This document shows, in pieces, positions 36,047 to 51,220 of a stretch of 64,000 nucleotides of DNA. The stretch covers positions 1 to 64,000 of the forward strand of contig CM074814.1 of the NCBI GenBank assembly GCA_037447605.1, given 5' to 3'. The number at the start of each line of letters is the position of its first letter. Within the stretch, counting starts at the first letter, position 1. The notes beneath the pieces were generated by a model that made no database searches, was not told the origin of the DNA, and was given only the letters and a program-made list of their open reading frames with translations. The position numbers and the translations under genes are program-made. This DNA is from Zygnema circumcarinatum SAG 698-1b. Taxonomy: Eukaryota > Plantae > Zygnematophyceae.

Positions 36047-38978
36047 ATGGTGACTCGCTTGGAGGACCTCGTCGCCCAGGGCTGCACGCAAATGTCTTGC
36101 TTATTCAGCACTCCGGCTGGTTTCCCCATAATTCTGAGTAGTTGTTTCACTTCGTTTCCAATCACAGGCGGATCCTGAACTTGAGGCCATCCGGCAACGT
36201 CGGATGCGGGAGCTGATGGGTGCGCAGGGCGCACCTGCAGGGGTAATTATACTCACGCTGAAGCCTGCCCGTGCAAACTGGTTTGCATTTCACTGACTAG
36301 AAATAACCAAGTAAAGCCGTGAGTTTGCGTGATTATAAAATACACAGAAAGCAACCAGACGTATCCATACGTATTTCATATTCGATGAAATTTATGGACA
36401 GACGAAGTGTTGAGCTGAGCATCTTGACCCTGAATACGCGAGCGAGACAAGGGGTTATGAGACCAGGGGTCTCAAGATTATGAGGCATACGTTTCTTTAG
36501 GTTTCAACTCACTGGAAAGATATGAACGGGCAAGGCGTTGCGCATGAATTAGTCTGGCATTGTATCTGACTCGTGAAGTCACCGTCCTGCTTCCTTTGCT
36601 CTCTGATAAAATTACAAATCGAAGTCTCCACGTACCTAATCATAGCTTGCTCATGCTTGCAAAGCTAACTGAACCTATTTAGAGCCACCCGTATTTTTAG
36701 CTGAATTCCCCAAGTGTTGATTGCGATAGGTCTATGTATTCGGCTGTGTGCCTTCGATTGAATATCCCTTTTTTCTTAAGCTATATGTTGTTAATCCTTG
36801 GTTAAAAGGGCGCATTGAGAAAGGCCTGTCTCCGTACACATTGCTTCGGATGAAGCCTTGCACATTAGCTATGTAAGGCATCTTGTCAGCCTTGGATGAG
36901 CTGAGGAACCATGAAGCTGCTTTTGTTGTTTACTTGTCACGACGCTGTCAGCATATGTGGGACGAAGAAAAAGTCGCAGAACAGATGTGCATCTCCCGCT
37001 AGAGCCGGAGCTCTTGCATTTAGGCATTCGGCGTTTTGACTTGTTCGTGGAGGTAGCAACGACTAACTCAATTTTGAACAACTTGGGCCTATCTTGAAAA
37101 TTGATTACTTCTCAGTTGCCTATGTTTCTCTCCTAGCTTTAATCCTGCAGCCACTTCTGCGTTTGATCAAGTCATGATGACACGCAGTGGTTTCAAGGAA
37201 CATCAAAATGTATCATCAACAGCATCGGCCTTAGCCTCATTCCCGGCATTGCCGAGGCTTGAGCTCACCCACAAGTGCCTGTGGTGCCTTGCAGGCTGGA
37301 GGTGCCCCTCAGTCTGCTGACCAACAACGGGCACAGGAGGACCAGAAACGGTAGGGACAAGATGGCACTGCTACCTCCTAGAGTCACCTTCTTTTGATGG
37401 CTGAAATACTTAAATAGCCTCTAGGTACCAATTGTCGATAACAAGCGGAAAAGTCTGAATTCTACGCATTCTTAGTCAGAGGACTACGCGCTTCGTTATG
37501 TGGGCTTTTTTTCAGTTCTGTTCTTGGTTGGTTTGACTGTTCAATGTAGCAATGGAACTCCATTCTGGTCCATGGGGAATTCTTACTTGTGCGAACTCTC
37601 TATTGAGAAGGCAAGGACTATCAGGCTGATGGGAAAGTCCCGTCGAAGAATGGTCTCCCCGTGTGCTGCAGAGAAGAGCATGACATGGGCGGGCGTCGCT
37701 CATGGATTTCGTGGTTCTGCGGAGGGGGCATCGCAGGGAGGCGGAGGAGAGAAGGGCCATGATGCTCGCAAGGTCGCTCACTCCGGAAGCTCGAGAACGC
37801 TGTAAGGAGCTGTTGCAAGGACCTGTACCTTGGATTATCCTCACTGTTGGCGATGGGAGGGGAGAGGGGAAAAGTGCATGAGTATGTGCGTGAACCAATC
37901 CACACCCAGGAGTTCGTCTTATCACTGGGGGTGGTGTTGGAAGGGAAGGAAACAGATTCGGAAGGCAGTGCTGATGGATTTGGGGCTTGATGTGAGGTTG
38001 AGATCGTGGCGTATGGTCTGGAGATTTGCCGGGTATGCTGACCTAGCTTGCGCAGTGGTGGCAGCAAAACTTCAAAATCGTGTATGTGGAAGATTTTGAG
38101 CTGCGGTAAAAGTTAGAGAGTATGTGGGCAAGTCTGGTCTACCATTGGCTGCAGTGCTTCTTGTCGACACATCTGCGATGGAGACAATGCGTGGTCCATG
38201 TAGACATGTTAGCGTGTGTGTCGAGGTTTCCTCCAAATTGCGCTGAGGTTACATGTATATTCATAGCCAGGCCTTGAACCTCAGTTGGGTTGATTTCTTC
38301 CAGTGGCAAGAATTGCTCTGGTGAAGCCAGAGAAGGCTCGAGGAGTAGAGGACATTATTTTGAGGGGCGTCCAGATCGGCCAGATTACAGAAAAGGTGCA
38401 CTGCACGTTCTTTGTGTCTCGTCAATCCTTTCTCTTCAGGACATTCTAGATTTAGCGAACGGTGCCAAGAATTACTAGATTTTATTTGTTTCGTTTTTTC
38501 CGTTTATTCTGATTGCTCATACATGTGAGGATGTAGATCGTTCGCATCCTGCTCTCATCTTCCCGTTTGCTGTTTTTGTCGTTCATTTCCCCCAGTTGAG
38601 TGAGGAGCGCCTCATAGGGATCTTGGAGCAGATCAACGAGCAGACGCAGAAGAGCACCAGAGTGACGGTGCGTCGCCATTCTCTTTTCTTCGCCCCTCTC
38701 CCGCTGTTGGTAAAGGTGAATCGCAAATGTAGGCTGTCTAGCTTGAGAGCATGTGGGTTTTTAGGGTTTTTAGAGCATGTGCATTCCCAGAGACCTTATA
38801 AGTGACGGTTCGGAACTATGTCCCGTCTTTTTGCATTGTCAGACATCTGCTGGTTACAGACAATCGCAGTACAGAGAGCGCCTGCTGCTGTGGGTTGGCC
38901 TTTCTTGACCTATTGGGGAACTGTGGTTGTGGACATCAGATTCAAAGACGAAGATCCACTTTCGATGACGAGGACTGA
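36047..38978 (+). CDS. PDCD5: Programmed cell death protein 5 (dsDNA-binding, PDCD5), 7 exons
   Basis: Exons 36047-36049 (ATG only), 36168-36242, 37295-37350, 37737-37801, 38304-38395, 38596-38667 and 38940-38978. Product MADPELEAIRQRRMRELM...EAEERRAMML...EARERLARIALVKPEKARGVED...LSEERLIGILEQIN...IQRRRSTFDDED. Confidence 0.96.
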
Positions 38979-39968
38979 AGTTAGTGCGCGCTGTGGAATG
39001 TAATTTGTCAGTTGACAGGCTGACAAAGAACTTTCCGAAGATGATAGGTGGCAGCATGGCAAGCGATGGTAGATATCGTGGGCAGTAATGCCAAGGATGG
39101 TTTGCATCTTCCGAATGTACAAAGAACGGCTCTGCCTGTCATGCGGCTGCTTGATTTTCATCGTGCTGACGCCATGCCGTGCCCATTCCTTAACTTCGTG
39201 AATGTGGCGAGTGGAAGAGTCATATCAACTGTCAAAACTTTGTACATCCCACAGTTCTACTGCTTTTTCGCATTACGGCTCGGCTCGGGGATGATACGTC
39301 CGGCGCTAGTAAGTGGGGAACGTGGGAACTTTCAGTCCGGTCGCAACTTCCCCACGGCCGCTGGAAGTGGAGGGGGGTGGCTCTAGAAGTGTGGCTGCTC
39401 GCCACTTGAGCGAGCGGGCCGCACTCATGCAGGGCTGAAGAGCCTCGCAACCGGCACCAAGCTGGCAAGCTGCAACTGTTTTTCATGCGCATGCCTTCGG
39501 CAACCAAACACATCAGTGGCACAAATCAGGCAGAATTTTAGAACTGAGAAAGGTCGTGAACATTCCCTTTTGCAAAAGCAAGTGGGAAGGAGAAGAAACC
39601 AACTCAGCGTTGGCATGCGTATATAGTTGAGCGCACAGGGATGTGCGTCGAACACGTGCTTGTAAATTGTGTTAAGGGGCTGTAACTGCCACTGCCTAAC
39701 TGCATACTTGTACTCATACTCGTAGTGTGTACTCGTGCCTTTCACCTATTTTATTACGCTGTACATCGGCCCAACAGCTAGCTTGTTTATTCACCGCAAA
39801 CAAAATCTATACACTTGTGAACCAGCTATTTACAGGCAGACAACTTGCTAGTCCCAGCTATGTACAAGACATATACCCCTTAGTGCCACACCAATCTCCA
39901 TCTATCTACACAGAAAGAATTATGTACGGTTGCGAGCACACGGATCCCTTCATTTCCTCAGCTTGCGG

Positions 39969-41631
39969 TCACTCCCTACTGCTGCTGCTGCAGCCATCGG
40001 CTTCGTCGTCTGCGAAGATGGGGCGGGGAATAATGGCGCCCGTGGCCGGCGACACTTTGCTCGGCCACGAGGCCCCCCCCTCCGCCTCTGCGGATTCCAG
40101 GTCGTGCATCACCGCCTCCAGCGCCTCCTTCGCAGATCCCATCCCCTTCTGCACGACTCACAGCCCACACCCGCATCACTCGTCACCGCTCTCTCAAAAG
40201 TGATGAAAGCTGAACAATTGGGGGCAGAACAGCAAATTCATCTCTCCCTCCTGCTCCCAAAAAGCAGTACATCAACATCATCTCCAGGCCAGCAGTTAGC
40301 AGCTGTGAATACTTTCAAATCATCCGCAACCTCTTCTCAAGACTCTGAGAAGCACTACCTGCGCAGCAGTAGCCAGCGGGCCCCAGCACTCCCTGCGGTT
40401 GAATTCTGCGATGTTCGAGTGGAAGTGCACCCAGACCGGTGCAAGCTCCAAATCTGCATCTCATCTCACACTCCAGCACCCACTTCTGTCACTTTTGCGC
40501 CATCACCTTTACAGCGACGACCAAATAGCCTCCTCACACAAGGCCAAGCAGCAGGCAGCACGAAGAGCGAAGCGGCAGGGCAGGCTGCACCGACCGGGGT
40601 GCTTGGAGAAGAGCGTGCGGTCGCCATGGCGGAAGGCCTCGAGCACGACGGGCAGCTCCTTGCGGAAGATCCAAAAGCGCAGCCGCGCGATGGCGTTGAG
40701 CAGGAGGTGGCCGCCGCTGATGTGGCAGTGCACGTGCAGCGCCATGGTCTCCGGCCCTCGCCCGCTCCGCCACACGGCCAGGACCTCGTCGCGCTGCAGC
40801 CGCGAGTACCACCCGCCGAACTGCGCCCCACCAGAATCGTCAATATTAGAGGCAAACAGCACTGCTCGCAAGCTCGCCAGAGGATTGGAGAGGCAGAGAT
40901 CATGAGGAGAGCGGGAAACATGAAGCACACCTGCGCTTTGTTGAATTCCCGAGCCACTGCCAGCGTAAGCTTAGAAGTGACATCGGAGTGTGTGAGAGTG
41001 TAGGTACGAGGGCCCTGCAAGTCATCGCGCGGATGCCGATCTTCCTCCACGTTGAGGAACAGCACGCGCAGCTTGTGCGCCTCGAAGATGGCGGGGCCGA
41101 ACAGGCGAGCCTGCACACAGGTCACGAGTAACCAGCTGCTCATATAACTTCGCGCGAGGAAATCCGCCACACACCTTGCAGATTATCAATCATGGAAGCT
41201 TGGCATTCCGACAATTTCATATTATCCATTTACTTTTTCTGGGTCTTGGACGAGGCGAGGCTAGCACAGAGGCGTCAGCATTCGATCCAGACCTGGATTC
41301 CAGCTTTGCCAGTCCTCGCCAAATTTCCTTCCCTTGTCCCTTTGCGCAGCCCACATCCAGATCGCCCTCCCGGCCCTTCCTCTTCCAGAGACGCTCCTCC
41401 TTCCCCACCTGAGCGGTAGATCCGCCACATGCTCCCGCAGCTCCACGCGAGAGGCTCCCCACCTCCCTCTTTCAGAGCCTCCGAGTGGCTCACGCATCCT
41501 CCCCTCCTCAGAGAGGCAGAGAGAGAAGGAACAGGGCAGCCTCCACTCTCGTCCACAGCCCTCTCCCGCACTGCTCCCACCCCTCTCGCCACCGCAGCAG
41601 CCCTCAGACTGTGGCATCCTGCTGCCGCCAT
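39969..41631 (-). CDS. SGR: STAY-GREEN magnesium dechelatase (SGR/NYE family), 5 exons
   Basis: Exons 41631-41293 (exon-1 donor is the least certain), 41110-40931, 40820-40595, 40453-40359 and 40148-39969. Motifs ARLFGPAIFEAHKLRVLF, PRTYTLTHSDVTSKLTLAV, RLQRDEVLA, LHVHCHISGG, IFRKELPVVLEAFRHGD and VWVHFHS...FNRRECWGPL. Confidence 0.96.
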
Positions 41632-42407
41632 GGCTACACCCCTTCAGCGGCACCCCGGGTTCCTCCCTCCCCGTCTCCCCCCCGAGCTAAACAGGCTCCT
41701 CCAGATGAATCGCCCTGCGCTGGCCGGCCAAGAGCAGCATCATCTACGGGAAGCGCGCCACTCCCTATCTCCCTCCCCTCCCTTTCCGCGGCCAATCAAA
41801 GCCTTTTTCTCTCCCTCTCTCCCTTTCTCCGGTGCGGCGCAGCAGAGGGGGGCCCTGCCCTGTTGCCCTGCCCGGCGCGGCGCATGGGGGCCGCCCAGCG
41901 GCCAGTTGCCGTGCGCCACGTGACAAATGCTCCGCCGTCCTGGGAGGTCATGCGCCACGTGTGCGCCGCCGCGTGGAAAGCGTAGGGAGCGAATCAGATC
42001 CGCCGGCGCACGTGCGGAGGGGAAGGGAGACAGGCAGCGCTCGACGTGGCGGGCTGCACACCGTCCGATGTTTTCACGGACGGCGATGACGCCGCCAGCG
42101 AGGTGAGACCCGCCGCCAGCCGCGTGGAGAGCCCCATGCCCGTCACGTGGGCGAGTGGCCTTTGCCCGCGTGGCGGCGGCCGCCTCGGGCGGGGGGCGCC
42201 GACGGAACGCTGACGTGGACGGACGGATTCGCATGGAGCGGGGAGGCCGCGGGGGGAGGCGGGGAGGCCGCAAGGCCGCCACGTGGCCGCCTCGATGCCG
42301 CCGAGGGGCGCTCGCCGGACGGACGTACGGACGGAGCTGGCGCGGGTTAGGGGAGGGAGGGAGGCTGAGGCGGAGGGAGGGAGCGATCTGCGCGATCCGC
42401 CATAGCC
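41632..42407. promoter_or_regulatory. Bidirectional SGR/PAO promoter with a G-box/ABRE cluster
   Basis: CACGTG occurs at 41917, 41956, 42009, 42144 and 42280 (the last as GCCACGTGGC). ACGTGGC is at 42044 and TGACGTGG at 42211. Confidence 0.7.
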
Positions 42408-45382
42408 ATGGCCGCCCCGGGGACTGTCTGCTCGCGCCACCTGACGCGCGACATCGCATGGTGGGGTTCCTCTGCCCAAGGGCCGGAGCCTGTAAGAGGC
42501 GCCTCGTCCAAGCCCGGAGCTCGGGGCGAGCAAGTGCACTGCTCTCCAGGACGCTTTCGCCGCAGTGCGAGGCGCAGACCGGCGCAGCAGTCTGCCTGGC
42601 TGGGAGGGGCAGGTCGCAGCGCTCTCCAGGGGCTTCATGAGCGATGCACGCCGCGCAGCAGGGCCGAGCGCAGTTGCGGAAGCTCCTTGCCAGCCGTATC
42701 TGCTACGGCAACACCATGGCAGAGGGAGTCGGCCGTTCCTTTGTCAGAGCCCGCGCAAAAAGATGAAGACGATGCTTCGCGGGAGGATGGAAGCGAGAAG
42801 TTTGTGTGGGAGGAGCACTGGTACCCGGTGGCGCTTTTGGAGGACCTTCCTGTGGACAAGCCGGTGCCCTTCCAGCTGCTGGGCATCGATCTCGTGCTCT
42901 GGCGAGATCCGGAGGGCCGCTGGAGGGCCTTCAAAGACTTGTGTCCGCATCGACTAGCTCCCCTTTCTGTACGTGGCACCGCATTTCTCTAACCTCCCAA
43001 AGAAGCCAAGATAGCATTCAACCTGCAGCCACTTGTTTTAGGGCTTCATCTGTTCACTCCTCGTGGGCTTGACTCCCGAGGAAGTCATGGGGGCACACAT
43101 TATTCTTATGACAGCGGCACACTTTGATCCTGCCGAAGACAGGTTTAGTTCAGTAGCGCCTGAATAACTCGGAATTGGGCGGGAGCACCACAGGAGGGGC
43201 GTTTGGACGCGCAGGGCCTCCTGCAGTGCTCTTACCACGGGTGGTCGTTCCGCGGCGACGGCGGGTGTGCGCGCATTCCGCAGGCGGCGGGGGAGGGCGC
43301 GGAGGCGCGCGCCGCGCAGTCTCCGCGCGCGTGCGCGGTCGCGTACCCCGCCCGCGCCGCGCAGGGGCTGCTCTTCGTCTGGCCGGACCCCTACGGCTGG
43401 GAGCAGGCCGCGGCCGCGGACCCGCCCCGGTCAGGCCTGCCTCCTCTTGCTGGCCGCGGGACAGGGGATAGGAGGGGTTTTAGCTTCAGGTTTAGGGGGG
43501 GGAAGGGAGGGAAAATTGCTTTTATTCGCAATTCATTTCGCGTCGCCTGCACCGCTGTACTATCCACTTTGCTTAGGGCTCCAACCGTTCCGCAGAGGTG
43601 TTTCATGGCAAGTGAGGACTTGAAGCCCTTTGGAATTGGGTCGAGTGCTGCCCCGGCCTGTCTGGGTGCGTGTGAAGAACAGTCAATTTGACGTGGATAG
43701 TATGTTGGGTTGCTTTTGGGACATCCCCCACAGGCTGCCTGATGTGTTCGACGACCCGTCCTATGCAACTGTGACTATTCAGCGAGACTTGTTCTACGGG
43801 TACGACACTCTCATGGAGAATGTGGCTGATCCGTCCCACATCGATTTTGCACATCATAAGGTAAGGCGACATTTTCTCTTCGTCTCTACTATTTTTTTTG
43901 CTTCCAATTCTAAATGCTAAGTCAATTCTGTCATTCCTGGTATGTCGTGTAAAGACGCACTTTGCAATAGTCATAGAAGCTGAGTCTGTGCTTTCACCTG
44001 TGCCAAGGATCAAACGTGGTTAGTTTGGTGTGAGAGACTGCTTCAATCAGAAGGTGCAGGTTGGAATGTCGAATTGAGTGGGGCGTGTGACGCCACGTGC
44101 CGGCTGCAGGTGACGGGGCGGCGGGACCGGGCCCGGCCCCTTCCCTTCCAGGTGGAGCAGAGCGGCCCCTCCGGCTTTGCGGGCGCGGCGGAGGGGAACC
44201 CGCGCATCGTGTCGACCTTCCAGGCGCCCACCTACATGGAGAACAAGTACGCCCGCCCCCCCCCCCCTTGCCTGCCTGTCTGTCTGCCCGCCCGCCGCGC
44301 CCGGGGGGGGGGGGGGGNNNNNNNNNNGGGGGGGGGGGGGGGCGCCGCTTGAAGCAGTTCTGCTGATCTCAGTGTCCCCGCTCGCGCTCTTGTGCAGACT
44401 GGAGCTGAAAGTGCCGCTGCCCCTGCTGGGAGAGCAGAACTGGGAGATATGGATCTGCTCCTTCAACGTGCCGATGGCTCCTGGAAAGACGCGGTCCATT
44501 GTCTGCAGGTGCGTGCTGCCGCATGCATCTGCGTGCCGGCTGCTGCGCTGGCCAGCGCGCCGTGCTCACTCTCACGAGCCGTGTCTCCCTCGTGTGTGGG
44601 TGTGTGCAGTGCCCGGAATTTTTCAAAGCTGACCGCTCCCGGACCTGCGTGGTGGCAACTGTATCCGAGGTGGCTGGAGCACCTGACCTCCAACAAGGTG
44701 TATGACGGCGATATGATCGTCCTGCAGGGCCAGGAGAAAGCCTTCTATCGAGGCGCGGGGGCGGACCATTCCGTTTCTGCCAACAACTACAGCAAGCTGA
44801 CCTACACGCCCACAGCGGCGGACCGCTTCGTGCTTGCGTTCCGCAACTGGCTGCGGCGCTACGGCGGCGGGGAGCCTTCCTGGGCCGCCGGGACCAAGCA
44901 GCAGGCGGGGCCGCTCCCCTCGACTGTCCTTTCTAAGCGGGAGGTCAGCGCTGCACTGCCCGTCCGCCCGTCCGCCCGTCCGTCCGTGCTTGCTTGCTTG
45001 CCGGCGCGGCGCGGCGAGAGTAAGCAGAGAGACGAGAGGGAGGGAGGGAGGGAGAGAGTGCGGGTCACCTCTGAGCAGTGGGCGGGCGGGGCGGGGTGTG
45101 GCGGCGCAGATGCTGGACCGGCTCTCGCAGCACACGGCGGTGTGCGCGGCGTGCCGCGGCGCGCTGGCGGGCGTGCGGAGGGCCGCGGCGGCGCTGGCGG
45201 GCGCGGCGGTGCTCCTGCTCGCGGCCGCGCCGCTCCTCGGGGGGGGGGCGCCGCTGCTGCTGCACAGGGCGCTGCTGGCGGGGGCGGCGCTGGCCATGGC
45301 GGGGGCGGCGGCGTGGCTCAAGTTCCGGCTCGAGCCGCAGTTCATCTTCGTCGACTACGTGCACTCCGACATCCCCGACTGA
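42408..45382 (+). CDS. PAO: Pheophorbide a oxygenase (PAO/ACD1/LLS1), Rieske non-heme iron oxygenase, 7 exons
   Basis: Exons 42408-42968, 43194-43429, 43734-43860, 44110-44246, 44398-44508, 44610-44943 and 45110-45382. Rieske motifs CPHRLAPLS...CSYHGW; mononuclear Fe motif ENVADPSHIDFAHH; PAO-specific VTGRRDRARPLPF, WICSFNVPMAPGKTRSIVCSARNF and YDGDMIVLQGQEK; C-terminal CAAC and DYVHSDI. Confidence 0.98.
44318..44327. other. 10-nt assembly gap (N) inside a poly-G run in PAO intron 4
   Basis: Ten N bases flanked by G homopolymers. Confidence 0.99.
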
Positions 45383-46408
45383 CTCACTCACTCACTCGCG
45401 AGGGGGGAGGGCACTGTACATACTGCTCCTGCTGCTGCTGCTGCCGCTGGCGTGTACATACACACATAGCTCACACGCACGCGCGCGAGAGAAGTAACGC
45501 CGGGCCGTGCGGGATGCAAGTCCGCGCACCTACGGGTCGGCCATTTGGGGCCGTGTTCGCTCGCGTGCAATAAGTAAGAGTGCCTATTAGTAGGTTTTGA
45601 GTGCGGGGCGCGGCTCGGAGGGGCCATATTGTGGCCGCCTCACAAGTAGGGTAGCGTAGGGTAGGGTGCAGACGAGGCGTAGGCCGAGGCTTTTGTGCGT
45701 GGCGGACCTAGACCATCATTGTGTAGGTGTAGCCGCTCTCGTGTATTTTTGATTTTTTTCAGCACTCTGTTGCAGCGGCATGCACATGCGGGGGGTGTGG
45801 TGTGGTGTGCTGCGGTCTGGTCGTGTTGGAAATAGACGAGTTCGACGGACCAGACGCATGACACGCGTGCTGTGCAACCACAGTCCGGAAGAATGCAGAG
45901 AACAGCCAGAGACATGCATGCAAATGCACACGAGTGTCGCAAACAAACCAAACGAAAACCACAACCCAACGCTGCGGCCACCTCCCGCCCCGCCTCGCCC
46001 TGCACGCGAGTCAAGCAAGCAGCGGTTCCATCCCCTTCGACCTCGGGCCGCCCGCCCCTCGCTCGCCGTCGTCCGTACGCTCGCACGCGCGGTCCGCGGG
46101 CTCTCGCCCTCCCTCCCTCCCTCCCGCGCGTGACGCGTGTCACGCTGCGCGCGCCGCTCGCCGCATTCCACCTGCGCCGTCCGATGCCGCCCCGCCCCGC
46201 CGCGGCCCGGGACGCGCCGAGATGCGCCGTCAGGCCCTGAACCCTCCCGCCCGGCCTCTCCCCCCCTCGCCCGCGCCGCCTCCGCAGGCAGGCAGGCAGG
46301 CAGCGAGCGTAGCTCTGCTACTAGTCGCTTGGACTCGCGCCTTTGCTCAGTCCTAGTCTTCCATCCTCTCCTCTCCTCTCCTCTCCTCTCTGCGACGCGC
46401 CCGCTCTG

Positions 46409-50567
<4,159 letters not shown>

Positions 50568-51220
50568 TAGTCAGACCATCTTCATGATGTAAAGTGCCAA
50601 ACATGGCTCAAACTTTTATAAAAATCTGTTATACTTACACCATAAAGCTTTACTTGCCCCCCGCAGCTTTGCTGAGTGCGGGATGAATGCACTGCGCAAG
50701 TGCTTGCCACAGTGGGGTCCATTGCCCCCTTTGCAGAGGCTGCTAGAGACCTCTGTCCTCATGTATTCATATACTGAATAAAGCTCTGCCGTCCGCAAGT
50801 GGGTTCAATTAAACTTGTCAGCTGCATTTGAGAAGATGACGCCACTTGATTAAGCCGTTTCAGACTTGAATCTGATGAACAAATAGATGAGGAATATTGC
50901 GAACGTAAATATATGCCATTGCGAACGTTTTTAGCATCCTTTACATGGCAAAAAAACAGGGCATTATGAATAATGCTCCTTCCTCATAGCAAACCGCTGA
51001 TCCTCAAGATTGTCGTCATTAACCAATCACTTGCTGACTAGCACGCAAAGTCACATATGTCTCCAAGCCTTCTTTTCCCGAGGTACAAGTCGGCAGGTCC
51101 ACATTCGATACAAAGCGAATATGTACAAAATAATAGCTGTACATGTACCACTGCCTCCTACCCTTCCAACCTCGAAAGTGCTTCGCATGAACATTGCGCA
51201 CAGCACGGCAATGTGCTCCG

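Noticed and set aside
42408-45382. Alternative identity as TIC55, PTC52 or CAO
   Set aside because: PAO-specific segments (QRDLFYGYDTLMEN, VTGRRDRA.PLPF, WICSFN.PMAPGKTRSIVCSARNF, DYVHS.I) match PAO rather than the other Rieske oxygenases.
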